Below are positions 25,263 through 40,000 of a DNA stretch of 64,000 nt, one piece after another; position 1 is the stretch's first letter, and every line of letters begins with the position of its first letter. This DNA comes from Geosiphon pyriformis uo1 (taxonomy: Eukaryota; Fungi; Glomeromycota). The notes below the pieces were generated by a model, which saw only the letters and a list, made by a program, of their open reading frames with translations, searched no databases and was not told the origin of the DNA. The translations under genes were made by a program, and so were the position numbers. The stretch covers positions 62,001-126,000 of the forward strand of contig JAAOMT010000054.1 of NCBI GenBank assembly GCA_016748015.1. Reading direction: 5' to 3'.

Positions 25263-28200
25263 TTAATGTACTAATGACGATAACTGTTGTTTTACATGAT
25301 AAATTTTTAATTGATTCCCATGAGCTACTTTCTTTAAAATTCTGTTTTCCAATTGTAATTTGTAAACTCCATTTCCTAATGCTTTGTGTATGTGGAATGG
25401 ACCATCCCACTTTGGATCAAACTTTTCATTCCATTGTTTTTCTGCTTTTGTATGATGTAATAGTACTTGGTCTCCAATCTTAAATTCCATTGGTTGTTTG
25501 AGTAAGTAATCATCATGTTTTTTTTTTGTCATTCTTGAGCATTACTAATATTGTCAGCTGCTATGCTACAATTGTTTTCTAATGTTTTTATTAACTGGTA
25601 TATTTTTTAGCATAAAGTATCTTCAAAATTTTTTTTGTTGATAGTTTTTGTTGGATAGAATGCTATTTCTCATTCAATAGATAACATTGCTTTTCTTCTA
25701 TAAACTAATTTAAATGGTGTGAACTGTGTCATATTTTGTTTTAATGTTCGATATACAAAGAGTACAGAAGGTATAAATAAGTCTTATTCTTGTTCATTTT
25801 TGTAACTTATTTTTGCTAATGCTTCACATAATGTTCTGTTAAACCATTCTACCAGTTCATTTGTTTGTGGATAATATGGTGATAATAATGGTCATTTTAT
25901 ACCAAAACGTTGACTCAATTCAGTTAATGTAGTATTGACAAAATGTGTTCCTTGGTCTGATAACAGTTCTTTCAGGCATTTATGTCTGCATATTAGATCT
26001 TAGTGTACAAATTTGGCTACTGTTTTGGCATCAGCTACTTGAATTGCTCTGGCTTCTGGTCATTTTGTAAGGTAGTTTATGGCTACAGTGATGTAACAAT
26101 TTTTTTTGGATGTAATTAAGAGGAAACCAACCAAATCAATCTCAATTCTATCAAATAGATTTCCAACTGAAATGGGTCGAAGTGGTTCTGTTATCTTGAC
26201 TTCTTTTCTTCACTAGTATGAGTCACAATTGCAAACATATTCAAAAATATCCTTATATATTGTAGGCCAATAGTATAGATTTGTTGTTTTTTCTAAAGTC
26301 ATATTTTTGTTGAAGTGTTCTGTAGTTGAGTCAGAATGCATACTATATAATATAGCTTCTTTTTCACTGTCTTTAATCAATTGTTGTGGGGTGGTGTGGT
26401 TTCATCATTCTTGATGATAGAGTTGATCATTTTGAATAAAGTAATTTCACGCTTGTTTCTGTATGGTATTTTGTTCCTATTGAGATAAAATCTCCTTGAA
26501 ACATAGTGTCGATAGGTACTAATGTAATTGCTAATAAGTAAGTGTGTTCATGGGTCCGAGATTAGGTTTGTGGCATCCTTGACAAATTGTTGGCATTGGT
26601 GTTCTTGAATCCTTCCTTGTAATGAACTTTGAGTGGGAATTGTTGCAGATAAGTACTCCATCTAACATATTTTCCTTCTAGTTATAAGTTATTGAGTAAC
26701 CAAATGAGTCTTTTATGATTGGTATATAGATCAAATGGTTGCTGGAGATAGTGTTTCCATGTTTGTATGGCCTAATAAATGACAAGGCATTCTAAATCCA
26801 TTGTGTTATATATTTTTTCTGCTGGATTGGTATTGCAACTGGTGTAGGCAATTGGATGTTCTCTTCTGTCTGGTCCTATTTGTGATAATACAGCTCTTAG
26901 TGCATTTTTTGATGCATCTGTAGTGACAATGAATCGTTTGGTAAAGTCAAGATAGATCATTATTGAAGATGTGATTAATCACTGTTTAAAATAATCAAAG
27001 GTTTTTTGTTGCTCTTTTTTTCACAGGTATGGCACATATTTGGATAACAAGTGATGAAGAGGTTTTGTAATAGTTGAAAATTCTTTGACAAATTGGCAGT
27101 AGTATCCAGTCAATTTTAAAAATTCTTACAGCTCTTGTAGGTTGATTGGGGCTGGAAAATTTTTAACTTTTTAGATTTTGTCTAGGTTGGATTTTATTGT
27201 CCTTGCTAATTACATGTCCTAAAAATTTCAGTTTGGTTTTTCTGAAGAAGCATTTATCAGGATTGAGTTTCAATCTGGCACCTCGAAGATATTTGAAGAT
27301 TTGTTGCAGGTGAAGCAAATGTTTGTCAAATGTTTCCAAGAAGACATTGATGTTATTCAAGTATACTATAATTGATTTTCACAAGATTCCTTTATACACA
27401 ACATCTATAAGACATTGGAAGATAGCAGAAGCATTGCACAGTTTGAAAGGCATTATGTTGAATTCAAAATTTTTGTCTTGTGTGATAAATGCCATTTTCT
27501 CTTTGTCTTTTGGGTCTATTTTGACTTGTTAATATTCACTGACTAAATCTAGTAATGAGAACCATTTTTTCTTTCCTAAGTTGTCTAGGATTTCTTGGAT
27601 AAAAGGGGTGAGATAGTTATTTCCTCAGATAATACTGTTTAATTTCCAGTAATCCACATAGAATTATATCTTCCTGTTTTTCTTTGTAACTAAGACCACT
27701 GAAAAAAACCAAAGGCTTAATGATTTTTTAATCAGTCCATTGTCAAGCATTTGTTGTACTTCTTACTTAATCAGATTATCGCCAAATGGGGGTATTTGAT
27801 AAGCTCACTGCTTAATAGGTCAAGCATCTCTGGCGTTAATTTGGTGTTTTATAATGTCAATGCATCTGAACTTATTTTTGCTGGCAAAAACATCAGCATA
27901 TTGGTTCAATAGAATCTTAAGTTGCATTTGCTGTAAAGTGCTCAGGTTTCTCAGATTGAGTTTATTGATTTTTTCCAGCATAAACAAGTAACTTTCTTTT
28001 GGCAAGTTCTATACTTGTAAGGTAATATTACAGAACAAGAACAATTGAACAAAATTTGGAATAAGCTGGGGTTTTTCTGAATTCGGAATATCTGAAGATA
28101 TGGAACCAATAAGGGTTCCCTCAGGAATTTTGATAATATTTTCAGTCAAATTGTGGATGGAAATTTTGAAGTGTTTATGAGCTTTGGCTAGTAAGTACAG

Positions 28201-31200
28201 ATTAGTGATATTAGTTAGCGAGCAAATTTCAGGATTGGCCTCAAAGACTAGTGCTTGGTTTTGAATCTTCCAGTTAACTTTGAGAATATATTGCCAATAA
28301 GGAAGGATGGAAATAATAGTGTTAGTGTAGATAAGTTCTATCTGGTCACTATCCTTCTTTATAAAATTGACCATTACATTCTCTCTTTCACTTGAGCCAA
28401 ACCCATTAATTTTTTAGACAGTAAGGCCTAATTCTTCTTGGGTGGTAATTAGGGCTAGTTGGGGTATTTTAACTAAAGATAAAAAGATGGCTTGGGCAAT
28501 TTTTTCATGAGATTTGATCTTGTAGGGTTTGTCTAAATTGTTTTGTAGCATTACAATAATGTTTTTTGTATATCTGACATCAATAATTTCTTCTTTTATG
28601 TTGATTTCTTTCTTTGCAAGGCTCAATCTAAATGCTACTTGTATTATGATGCTAACAGGAATTTCTAGCACTATTTTGAGATCTATTTTTACCAGGGAAT
28701 ATAGGGCTATAACTATAGATGATTGTCCAGAATATCTTAAGTCAAAACCTGTGCCAGTTTCATGTGCTTTTTCTGGGCATATTTTTTTGTCATTGTCACT
28801 TTACCATTTTAATTCTAATTTTTTGGAGAGGTCAGAATATGCAAGATATTGTTCTATTTTGGTAGTCTGATTTAGCTCTTAAAATAACATGTTCTTGGCA
28901 AGTAATTTCTCTTTTTCTTTGGGCTCAGATAATTTGGTAATCAGGTATAAAATTCTGGAAGATGGATTGAACATGAGATCACACTTGTTACAGTATTGAA
29001 AGTAGCAAGAAATTAAGTAGTAATTACATAGTTTGGTATTTAGATTAACTAGCTGCTGTTCTTGCTCTTCTTGGGTTGGGACCAATTCTTGATATCAGTT
29101 CTGAAATACATCAGAGTCATCTGTGAAGAGATTATCTATGAGGTAGTTGGGTCCATTATATTCAGGCATCCAAGGGTTGTTTTTGATTTCTCATATTTCT
29201 TCAGACGTAGTGCTTTCAGCTTTAACACTTGCCATTCTTCAGATTTTGTGATTATCATGTGAATAACCATCTAGTCTATTGAGTGCTCATTTCCAAGCAT
29301 TCTCAATGGGAGTTTTCTTTCATACCCAATTATTGATTAATATGGTGTATTGACAAACCTTGTCACATGTTCTTTCTCTGCCAGGCACATTATTCCAGAG
29401 TCTTTTATTAGGCAGAATCTCATCACATGCAAGGCATGGTGTGTTGTCTCATTTGTTTTGTTGTTTTGGTTGTCCAAATCTTTCCAACACACAAAGTCTA
29501 CAATAGTATTTGGTGGCAATGGGCCATTTTTTGTTGTTCCTGATACATGCACCCATTATGGATAGCTTCTTTCCACAATTAACACATATTAGTTTTGGAG
29601 GTTGGTAAAATAAATTTCTTTGGTCTGAGGTTACATATCCTAGTGATAATGATTGGGATTCTTCTTTGGCTCTGCCTTTTCCTTTTTCTTTCCAGATTGG
29701 TAGTGGGAGTAGTTCAGTTTGATAATCATCTGCCCATAAAATCTGATAGATCTCGATGATCAGTGGTAGTGATGTGTCTTCAAATTCAATTAGGGGTTCC
29801 TCAGTATGTTGGGTTTTAAAGTGTCTGTATGTAGCTGGAACTCAGGTATGCTGTCCATTAAACATGAGTTGAAGTTCTTGGGTATTTCAGTCAAGCATAG
29901 GCTTTTGACAATCAATCATTTCCTATTAGAGCTTAATATTGAGTAGCTTCTATGATGAGTATCTTAGTAGGGATCTGGATTCTATTAATCTCAAAGGAGA
30001 AGTTGTCAATTTTTCCTATTGGGGTTTTTGTGTTTTTATCTGCTGTAATAATCCAGACAGTAGCAGCATGGTCTATTCAGCAACCTAGTTGGTCCATGAG
30101 CTGCTTTGTAATTATGCTACTGGCTGATCCACTATCCAGAATTAATTTAATATCTATTCCTCTAACTTTGGCATTAATGTATAGGACTGTTATTGATTTA
30201 TCTTGATTGATGACTGCCCCACTAAAAAGCCTGTGGGTGTTCAAATTATCAATATTAAAAAGAAATATGGTGGCTAGAGTGGTATCCTCAGTAATAATGA
30301 CTGGTAGAATATTGCTTTTTGTTTGCTTGGAAGGTTGGGAGATTTGTTATACATAGATTTATCAAAATTCTGGTCTTTCATGAGACCAAGATAGGAAGCT
30401 TGATTTGGATATCCAGTTGGTGCTGGTCAAGATTGTGCAGGACCACGAGAGATTGGTTGAGATAATTCACTGTTGGTTTGCACCTGATTGTTGTTAGAAT
30501 TTCTCTATCTCTGATTATAGTCTATAGCTTGAGATCTGAGCTGGCTGTAAGAGGGAGTTTGATAATGAGAGATTGCTTGTGTTATTGGTGATGATTGATA
30601 ATAATTTTGGGACAGAGATTAAGTATACAGGACTTGTTGTGCATACTGAGGGGGTGGATTTCAAGAGATGAAATATTGGGATACCATGTTTTGCTAATAT
30701 CTTGGTTGCTGGTATTGGTTTCCTTGATTTTGGTCCATTATTTTTTTTTTGCAGTTACGGGCAATATGTTCAGATTTCTGGCAGTAGTAACAGTTACAAG
30801 AATTGGATCTCCAAGATTGTTGCTGTTGCTAATGGTTTTGTTGCTATGAATATCTGCTGTTGTTGTTATTTTTTCTTTGTTGTGATGGTTGGTAAGTTCT
30901 TGTGATTCCAGCTAAGAATCTCTCAATTTTCTGAGTTAATTTCTCACTTAATTGGGTTATCTTTGTGTCAATGTCAAAGGTTCTATTGATGGCTAAGTTA
31001 ACAGCTTGGGTATGGTTCACTTCTTGTTCTGTGGACTTAAAATCACGAGTGAAAGTGACTGCTTCTTGTAGGTTTGCTGGATGGCAAAGGTTGTATGAAT
31101 CTTAAGAGGCTGCTTCTTAGTTCTTTAATGAATTAATTAAAAACTTGCATAGTGGTATAATAATTCTGCTCGATGACTAGGATTTGTCAAAGAACCTGAT

Positions 31201-32329
31201 TAAATCTTCCGAGATAAGTAGTTGCTGCTTTATGGTTGTTTTGTTTTATTATACTAAATTAATTTTGCAATCAGATGAGTGTATTAAGGTCACAGAAGTA
31301 TTGCAAAAAGGTGAGTTTAAACTCTGTAAAAGAGATAGGCTTCTCTGCAAGGTTCTGGTACCACAAATTGGCAGTTCTGGTCAGAAAGAACAGCAGTGCC
31401 TGAATTGTGTGATCATCATCTCATCTGTTAGTGGTAATTGTTTTTTTGGCATCTGTAATTCAAGAATATGCATTATCTTCTTCACCAGAGAATTTTTCCA
31501 ATTTAGTAATATCCCGGTAGGCCATAATCCAGTTAATGGGTGGAGTGTTACTGGTTATGATTAAAGGGAATAGTGTCTGCATATTTGAGTGTTCTCTGGA
31601 TGCTAATGCTAGTTGTTTCTCTTTGTTACTGGAACCAATAGGTTGTAAGATAGCTGTTCCTTTCATTAAGGAAGATGCTGATTCTGCTGGGTTTTGTGCT
31701 GGTGGCTGTTTCCAAGTTGACATGTTTCTTTTTGTTTGACCGGCTGTTGGAGTAAGATTTCTAAACAGTGATCTGTATTTTTTTAGTGATTTGGTCCAAT
31801 TGTGTTAGCCCCAAAAGTGTGAATTTCCAGAAGTTTTTGGTGTTTTCAACTGGGTTTCTGGGGGTGGATTGAATACAATTCTACTTTGGGATGTCTGATA
31901 ATATGATAGAATTGTTGGAAAAAAGAACCTTGGTTTCTTGTTGATTGTGGACTTGTCTTGGGCAGTTGTAGGATTATTGGATCTATTCTCGTATTCTTTT
32001 GGATCAGACTCTACTGGTTGTTGTACTTGAGAGAATCATTTTGTTATGTAGTGTTTAATGTCTATATTGACTATATGTAGAGTTTCAGTGATTGCTCAAG
32101 TAATAGTAGTTGTTGAGTATCCTAGTAAGTTTTGATGGATTTGTTCTTCAAGTCTTCCTGTATCAGTTGTGTGGCCTAACAAGCAGTTGATTTTTGCATT
32201 AATATAGTTGCAAAAATTACTTTCTGCGATGGTGGTTTCTGCTGGTATTCCTAGATCTTTTTGAAAGTATTGAAATAGTACTCTTCTGTATAAAAAGTGG
32301 TCTTTTCTTATTGTTCCAATAGTCACCAC
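25263..32329 (-). pseudogene. B2 gag-pol with Cys-rich region and dUTPase between PR and RT
   Basis: ORF fragments 32096-32329, 31460-31723, 28414-28671 (LEIP…LSLAKK…HEKIAQAIF), 27163-27360, 26772-26960 and 25263-25532 (WDGPF). Confidence 0.9.
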
Positions 32330-34791
32330 TTTTGTGTATTTCTGGGGTGCTCTGTTTCTGTGGATTTATAACCTCACAAGGAGCACCAAATATTACAGGT
32401 AAACTGGGTAGAGTATGATAGTAATGTTTGGTACTCTAGTTTTGGGTTATCTTTCAAAGTTGTCTGCTTTTTCCACCATGTTAGTGTTATTAGTCTCTGA
32501 AGATTTATTCCTGGCTGTGAATTTACCCATTGAATTCTTTGGTTATAAGACACAGAGTTTGTCTTTCATCAATTGCAATATTTTTTGTAAATGTAAACTT
32601 TCTTCTCTGTGCTAACAAATGCAGTTATTAGAGTGCAGCATTGTTTTTTTGCCCTTCTGATAAGCTACCAAGATAACGTTAATATCCAAAACTTAGAAAA
32701 AGCTTTTTTTTTTTACCAGGCTATCATGAAGTTTATTCCAAGACAGTCAATTTTCCTATATTGCCACTCCAAAAAAAATAAAATAAAATAAAAATAAAAA
32801 AAAAAAAAAAAGAAAAAAATTAGTTTCTATTAATCACTGTGATCAAGAGTGATTGTTCCAAATTGTTAAGGGTTCAAGGCATTTATGCCAATAGCATCTG
32901 TCTTAAAACAAAAGTAGAAAATACTGATTTTAATTTCAATTAAAATCTGTAAGATAGAAGAACATAAATTGATGAATTAAATTTGGTTTTAATAATTTAT
33001 TGTATTTCAGACTATGAATATATGATAAGTATAATACAAAGTAAAAATTGATTTCTAACTAACTGTCTGACTTTTCAACTTCTACAACTACTTGCTTTTA
33101 TACATTCTTTTGGTTTTATAGAATTGTTTTTAATTGTTTTACTATTGCTAACTATTGCTCATTATTGCTAGCTATTGCTCATTATTACTAGCTATTGCTT
33201 GCGTTTGCTCTGTGTTACCTCGAGTTGTACTGTGTTTTTCTTGTCATGTTTCTTTGTTACATTTTTCTATAGCTTTTTGGTTTTTCTACTCAGATAACAA
33301 CAGCAATTTGGTAACCAATGTAATCAGAAAGCCAATAGGTTTAATTATAGATTTTATCAACAAAAAAAGTTCATTAAGATAGGATTCCAAAGAAGTCAAT
33401 TTAGATTTAACAACATTATTGAAAGTGAAAAAGACAACAGACAACATAGAAGTAGTAGCTTTGAGAGACCACCAAAAGTTGAGTCTATATTAACAGCAGT
33501 AGCAACAGAAGAAACCACAAAAGCAGTAGCTTTAACATAAGATTTAGATTTAGCAAATGAAGATTTAAAAACTTTGAAGTTACCAGTAGAATTAGAAAAA
33601 AATTTGGGAAGAAAAAATAGTAATACTTTGTAGTCTACAGCCAAATAATTTAAGTCTTAACACCTGTAGCAGCAGCAATATTCAGAAGTTTCTTACCAGA
33701 TACAGCAACCTTATAAGATACCAGTTTTTGACACAGCAATGTTTAGAGATTTCAGAGAATCAAAGGTAATCATAGCAAAGCATTGACATTAGTATAATTT
33801 AGAAAAGCAAAGAATAAAACAAATTTGGCCACCAACTTGGGAGACCAAATTACTTATCTCAAAGGCAGTACAGCCAAAAGAAAATTGACCAACTTAGCTT
33901 TAAAGACATCTCTTAAAATGATAACTTCTTTTTAGTTAACAACAGAAAAAATCTTAACACTGTTTTTTTTAACCAGAACAGACCAGTAAATAAGAGCAAC
34001 AATAGCAAAAAAAGTGTCTTTAAATTGAACTACAGCATATTGTTACAGGTTAGCAAGCTTTAATCTGACTTAAGTGACAACACCAAAAATACCAAAAGCA
34101 GTTTTAATATTATCAAAAAAAGTACCCAAAGATATATTATAAAGTACAATTAACAGAAGAGAGAAAAAAACAACAGCCACACCAGAAGATTATGCAATCT
34201 TAAAAGTAGCCAAAAAAACTTCATCATCAATAACCACTTTGGTAACACCATTTAAACTTTTTTGAAATGTAAATTTTACACAAAACAATTTAACAGCATC
34301 TTATAAAACAGATTTAAGCCTAATACAACCAGACAGCAACTAAAACAAAGAACTAAGCAGAACCATTTTAATCTTAAATGTAGCACCAAACACTAAAGTA
34401 GAAACTATCCTTTCAAAAACCATTCACATTTACTCAAGCACTACTATCAGCAACACCAAAAACTAAAGGAAGAAAAGTTAATTCTATTTTTATCTAATCA
34501 GTCCAATCTTTGAAATCATCTAAAATAATGAACTGTTTTATATCTATATTAGATAATAATCTGTTAAAAAGTATCATATCAGGCAATACAACCAGTAGTT
34601 AATCTTGTCTTATCTTAAAAAATGAGCTGTTGCTGTTGTTATTTATATTAGAAAAAGAGCTGGCTGTTATTGTAAAGATTTTTTTCAAGATCTTATTTGG
34701 AACCACAAAGAGGTTCAATGTCACTATAGTAGTTGTGAATGTTTGCTACTGTTTTTTGGACTTTTTGGTTTTTTTAGTCATTTGTAAAGCT

Positions 34792-34914
34792 GTAATAGTA
34801 GTAGTAGTAATAGTAGTAATAGTAGTAGTAGTAATAGTAGTAGTAGTAGTAATAGAAGTAGTAGTAGTAGTAGTAGTAATAGTAGTAGTAGTAGTAGTGG
34901 TAGTAGTAATAGTA
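34792..34914. repeat. (GTA)n microsatellite in D, continuing at 44298-44445
   Basis: One tract split by element H; encodes poly-Thr in the D ORF. Also at 61155-61180. Confidence 0.9.
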
Positions 34915-36404
34915 CAATTAGGGAGATTTTAAATTTCATAGATTAATTCTGGAATAATCCACAAAAAATTCTTGTAATCTAATTAGTGTTCAGTATTATT
35001 AACATAGAGAATTTGATAATACTTTATTGATCAAATACTTTAAATAAAAATCAAAACTAACAGTAGAAACATACTTTTATAAACACAAAGTTTCAGAATC
35101 CATAAGAATCTATACAACTTTATATAGTAGTTTTTTATTAAATTGGATTTAAAATTACATCTTGCTTTATAATAAATGCCAAAGACTTACTCTGTTTATT
35201 TAAATCTCTTACCAGTAAATATGACAAAAGTCAATTAGTAAAATGTGAGACCAAAAAAAATCAAAGATGACAACATGCATTAGTTAGTATTGTAACAGAA
35301 AGAATAATAGAAATAACTAAGTATCTTCTTAAATTAATTATATTATTTGACTTTCTAAACAATTACTCTTTATATGAAAGACATTATAATCAAATTGTTA
35401 TTAAAAAGTCTTTTATTAAATAAATTACTAAATCAAATGATTCAACTTTTTTAGATTTAGAAAAAACAGAAAAAAAAAGACCAAGACTTTCTAATGATAA
35501 CAAGTTGTTAAAATTAAAAAAAACTTTTTCTGATTTTGGAGTTCAAGTATTCTTGTCAGATCTAATATATAAAGTTAATATAAAATAGATACAGGAGCTA
35601 GAAAATATCAATCAGTAATTATTATTTAAAAATGCAACATTAAAAAAGCAATTAGATGAAGTATTTAATAATCAACAACATCATATTAAATCCATAACAG
35701 AAATTGCCAAAAGGAAACAAAGTAATTTATATAATAATATAATAAGTTTGAAAAAAAATCATGAACGTTTTAGTTTAGATAGTTTTTTAAAATATTGTCC
35801 TTTAACATGACTTGCAAAACAAAATCCAGTCATTGTAAGATTTATTGAAACTCTTACTTATAATAAAAATGAATATTAAAATGAAGGGGAAAAGCTTTTT
35901 AAGTGTGTTGTAATAGTTGATGCTATATACAGATCAAGGCACTTAAAATATGTTTCTGCTGTTACGGGATAGTTTTCTTGTTATATTTAATTGCTGATAT
36001 CCCGCTTTAATTGCAATCAGTCTTTTGTGAGTTCCTTAGTTCTATTTGTGTGATAATGTTACTGTTACACTGAAGGCTTTCTTTTTACTGTTGCGATGTA
36101 AGTTATTCTTTAATTCTTGATTGTTGTGTGTGTTTATGTACTCCTTTTCAGAGGCTGAACTGAAATCTACCTACTGTCTAGGGTCTTCTCTGAGGCTATC
36201 CTTGCAATTGCCTGATGTGTTTCTCTAATCTAGAAACACAGAATGTTAATGGTCTTTAGCACTTTTCTAATTCTTACAATAAAGCTTTTATCAATTAATA
36301 ACAACGTGAATAATCTTGATCAAGGATTATTCTTCCAAGGGATTCAGTTGATGAATGATAGTTTCATTCAATAAATAATACAAGTAAGTTTCTTAATACT
36401 TTGG

Positions 36405-37091
36405 NNNNNNNNNNNNNNNNNNNNNNNNNNNNNNNNNNNNNNNNNNNNNNNNNNNNNNNNNNNNNNNNNNNNNNNNNNNNNNNNNNNNNNNNNNNNNNNN
36501 NNNNNNNNNNNNNNNNNNNNNNNNNNNNNNNNNNNNNNNNNNNNNNNNNNNNNNNNNNNNNNNNNNNNNNNNNNNNNNNNNNNNNNNNNNNNNNNNNNNN
36601 NNNNNNNNNNNNNNNNNNNNNNNNNNNNNNNNNNNNNNNNNNNNNNNNNNNNNNNNNNNNNNNNNNNNNNNNNNNNNNNNNNNNNNNNNNNNNNNNNNNN
36701 NNNNNNNNNNNNNNNNNNNNNNNNNNNNNNNNNNNNNNNNNNNNNNNNNNNNNNNNNNNNNNNNNNNNNNNNNNNNNNNNNNNNNNNNNNNNNNNNNNNN
36801 NNNNNNNNNNNNNNNNNNNNNNNNNNNNNNNNNNNNNNNNNNNNNNNNNNNNNNNNNNNNNNNNNNNNNNNNNNNNNNNNNNNNNNNNNNNNNNNNNNNN
36901 NNNNNNNNNNNNNNNNNNNNNNNNNNNNNNNNNNNNNNNNNNNNNNNNNNNNNNNNNNNNNNNNNNNNNNNNNNNNNNNNNNNNNNNNNNNNNNNNNNNN
37001 NNNNNNNNNNNNNNNNNNNNNNNNNNNNNNNNNNNNNNNNNNNNNNNNNNNNNNNNNNNNNNNNNNNNNNNNNNNNNNNNNNNNNNNNNNN
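36405..37091. other. Assembly gap
   Basis: N run. Confidence 1.
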
Positions 37092-40000
37092 CTCCAGACT
37101 ACTGCTAAGCATTCAAGTTCATGTGCTGCGTAGTTTTGTTCTGCCATACTGAGACTTCTGCTGGCATAAGTGATTACACGTTCTCTTCCATTATCATTTT
37201 TTTGTGACAGAATGGCTCCAAGTCCAGTTCCAGAGACATCTGTGGCCAAAATGAATTTCTTGTTGAAATTCGGATAGATCATTATTGGTGATTCAATGAG
37301 CTTTTGTCTAAGGTACTCAAAAGCTTTTTGTTGTGCTTTAGTCCATTCAAACTTCACATTTTTAGATAGTAGGTAATTAAGGGGTTTGGTGATGTTTGAA
37401 AAGTTTTCTACAAAGCGGCGGTAGTAAGATGTGAGTCCTAAAAAGCTTCTAACTTCTGAGACGTTTCGAGGTACTGGAAAATTTTTCACTTTGTCTATTT
37501 TTGATGAATCTGGTTTTATTCCATCTTTTCCAACTATGTGTCCTAAAAATGCTAGCTCATTTTTCCCAAAGAAACATTTTTCTAGATTTAGTTTAAGTCC
37601 AGCATGTCTTAATCTTTCAAAAACTTGTTGTAAATGTTGGAGATGATCCGTGAATTTTGACGAGAAAACATTTGTATCATCCAAGTAGACAACAACGGAT
37701 TGCCACAGGATTCCAGAGTAAATTACGTCCATTAGTCTTTGGAATGTGGTGGGAGTGTTTGTTAATCCAAATAGCATTACATTGAACTCATAATTGCCAT
37801 TTTGTGTTGTGAATGCTGTTTTATGCCTGTCCTTTGGGTCCATTTCCACTTGCCAGTACCCACTGGTCAAGTCCAGTGTAGAAAACCATTTTGCTCCTCC
37901 AAAAACGTTGAAGATTTCGTCAATTAACGGTATTGGGTATGAATCTTTGGTTGTTTTGCTGTTTAGTTTGCGATAGTTGATGCAAAATCTAATTTTTCCA
38001 TTCTTTTTCCTTACTAAAACAACTGGTGAGGACCATGGGCTCATTGATGGTTGTATTATTCTTTTTTCCAACATGCTTTGGACTTCTTCTCTGATAAAAT
38101 TATGCTCCATTGGTGGGACACGGTAAGCGCGTTGTTTTTCAGGTCTGGTGTTTCCAGTGGGGATTTGGTGTTGAACCAAGTTGGTTCTTCCAAATTCGCC
38201 ATTTCTTGAAAATATATCAGAGTATTTTAAAATTAATGCTTTTAATTGTCGCTGTTGGTCGGGATCCATTGTTCCAATGTTTAATTTGGCCAATTCTTCT
38301 GGCATAAATTGATAGCATTCTACCGGTTGTTGCCAATTTATTGAAGTGAGTTCACAGTAGAGGGCGATTTCTGGAAAATTTAGAATTTCTTGTGGTGTTG
38401 ACGCATTTTCTAGCTCCGTTCCGAGGTATCCAATGATGGTATCTTCCAGAATGTAGACGGGTTCTTCTGTGGTGTTTGCGATAGGAATTTTTATCCATTG
38501 AGCTTTATTAGCTGGAATAAAAAAGTTAGTAAGTCCTATGAGAAACTGTTGGCAAGTTTCTGGGTAGAGCTCAAATATTAGGTCTTTTTCTTTAATTGTC
38601 CTTTTTATTCTTATTTCTGATTTTCCATATGGTAGGAGCGTGATGAACCGCTCATTTTTAATTACTTCGCCTTTTTCCTCTATTGTTTCAGCGAAATTCG
38701 CTTCAATTCCTTTTCCTGTCGATCCGAAACCAAAAGTTCCTCTCGTTGTTTGTGACAATTCCTCACAATTTTCCACTGGCATGAATTTCCCAATTTTTAC
38801 CAATGGTAGGAAAATTGCTTGTGTAATCTTTTCCTTAGATTCAATAGTATAAGGCTTTTCTAAATTGTTCTGTAGCAAAACCATCAAATTTCCAGTGTAT
38901 CCGGAGTCAATTACTCCTCCTTGAATGCTTATTCTTTTTTTCGCGAGGCTTGATTGCGACGCCATTTGAACCATTATTCCTGGCGGAATTTCAACCGCTA
39001 TTTTTAGGTCGATTTTGGTGATGCTCCTGGGTGGTAACGTTGTGGATTGGTCTTCCAGATAACATAGATTGAATCCGGTGTTGGTTAGATGGGCTCTTTC
39101 GGGTATTATTCCTAAGTGTCCGTTGTCGAAGTATTGGATGTCAGTCACCTGTTCTAGGTCGGTATAGGCTACAAATTTTTCTGACTCGGGACCGTCAGAT
39201 GAGTCTTGTTGATTTATTGATTGATTTTGAGACTGCTGATTCTCAATTTCCATTTTTCTTTCTAAGTCCCTTTCATCTTGACACTTTTCACAGCACTGAT
39301 TTTGGCACGGGATGAGACAGTTTTCGCAGAGGTAAGTGTTGATTTGGGCGAGGTATTGTTCTTGCTCTTGTCGAGTGGGGCATAGTTGTTGGTAGTAGTC
39401 CTGGAATTCGTCCACTGGGTCAAACATGTTGTAGCTGGCGACTTCGTCGGCTACTTCGGCTGACACTTTCCAACGTCGTATTTCTTCGGCGGTTCCTCCT
39501 CTTACTTTGGCTTGTGCGGTGTTGTACAACTCATCCTTGTTGTGTGGGTAGTGCTGTAGTCTTTTTAACACTCTGTTGAACGCTGCTTCGAATGGCGTTC
39601 CTCCTCTTACCCAGTCACAGATGAGGATCATGTATTGGCAAGTTGCATCACACGTTCCTCCTCTGCCTGGTAAGTTGTTCCAGTCGCACCCTCTTGGTAA
39701 CGGTTCTCCACAAGTGAGGCACGGTTCCTCGTCCCATTTTCCGTGTCTTTCTGGGTAACCGTATTTTTCTTTGTTACAATGGTTACAATAGTAGTGGGTG
39801 GGGTTTCTTGGGTCTTTGTCCGGTGCACTGCACGCAGTCATAGACGAGAGTTTTTTCTTGCAAACCGAGCATTTTAGCTTTGGTCTGCGTCGCTGGTGGT
39901 TTCTTCGTGAACTTACCTGGTTCCATTCGGATCTTTCTTCGCTGGTCCACATTGGTACGGCTGGTAGTCCTGTTCTTTGGTCATCAGCCCAAGAGAGCTG

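Larger units (their letters stand above)
23422..33299 (-). mobile_element. Gypsy B2, full-length degenerate, dUTPase-bearing, inserted in D
   Basis: LTRs 32391-33299 (5') and 23422-24357 (3'); perfect ACAG TSD; PBS ~32372-32388; PPT ~24358-24375. CYYCQKSEHIARNC (~30751-30792), LILDSGSA (~30120-30148), dUTPase (~28390-28790), RT YLNN (~27352-27363), RH and IN. Confidence 0.93.

Noticed and set aside
32371-32390. tRNA gene fragment (…GGAGCACCA)
   Set aside because: It is the PBS of B2 read on the opposite strand; no cloverleaf is present.
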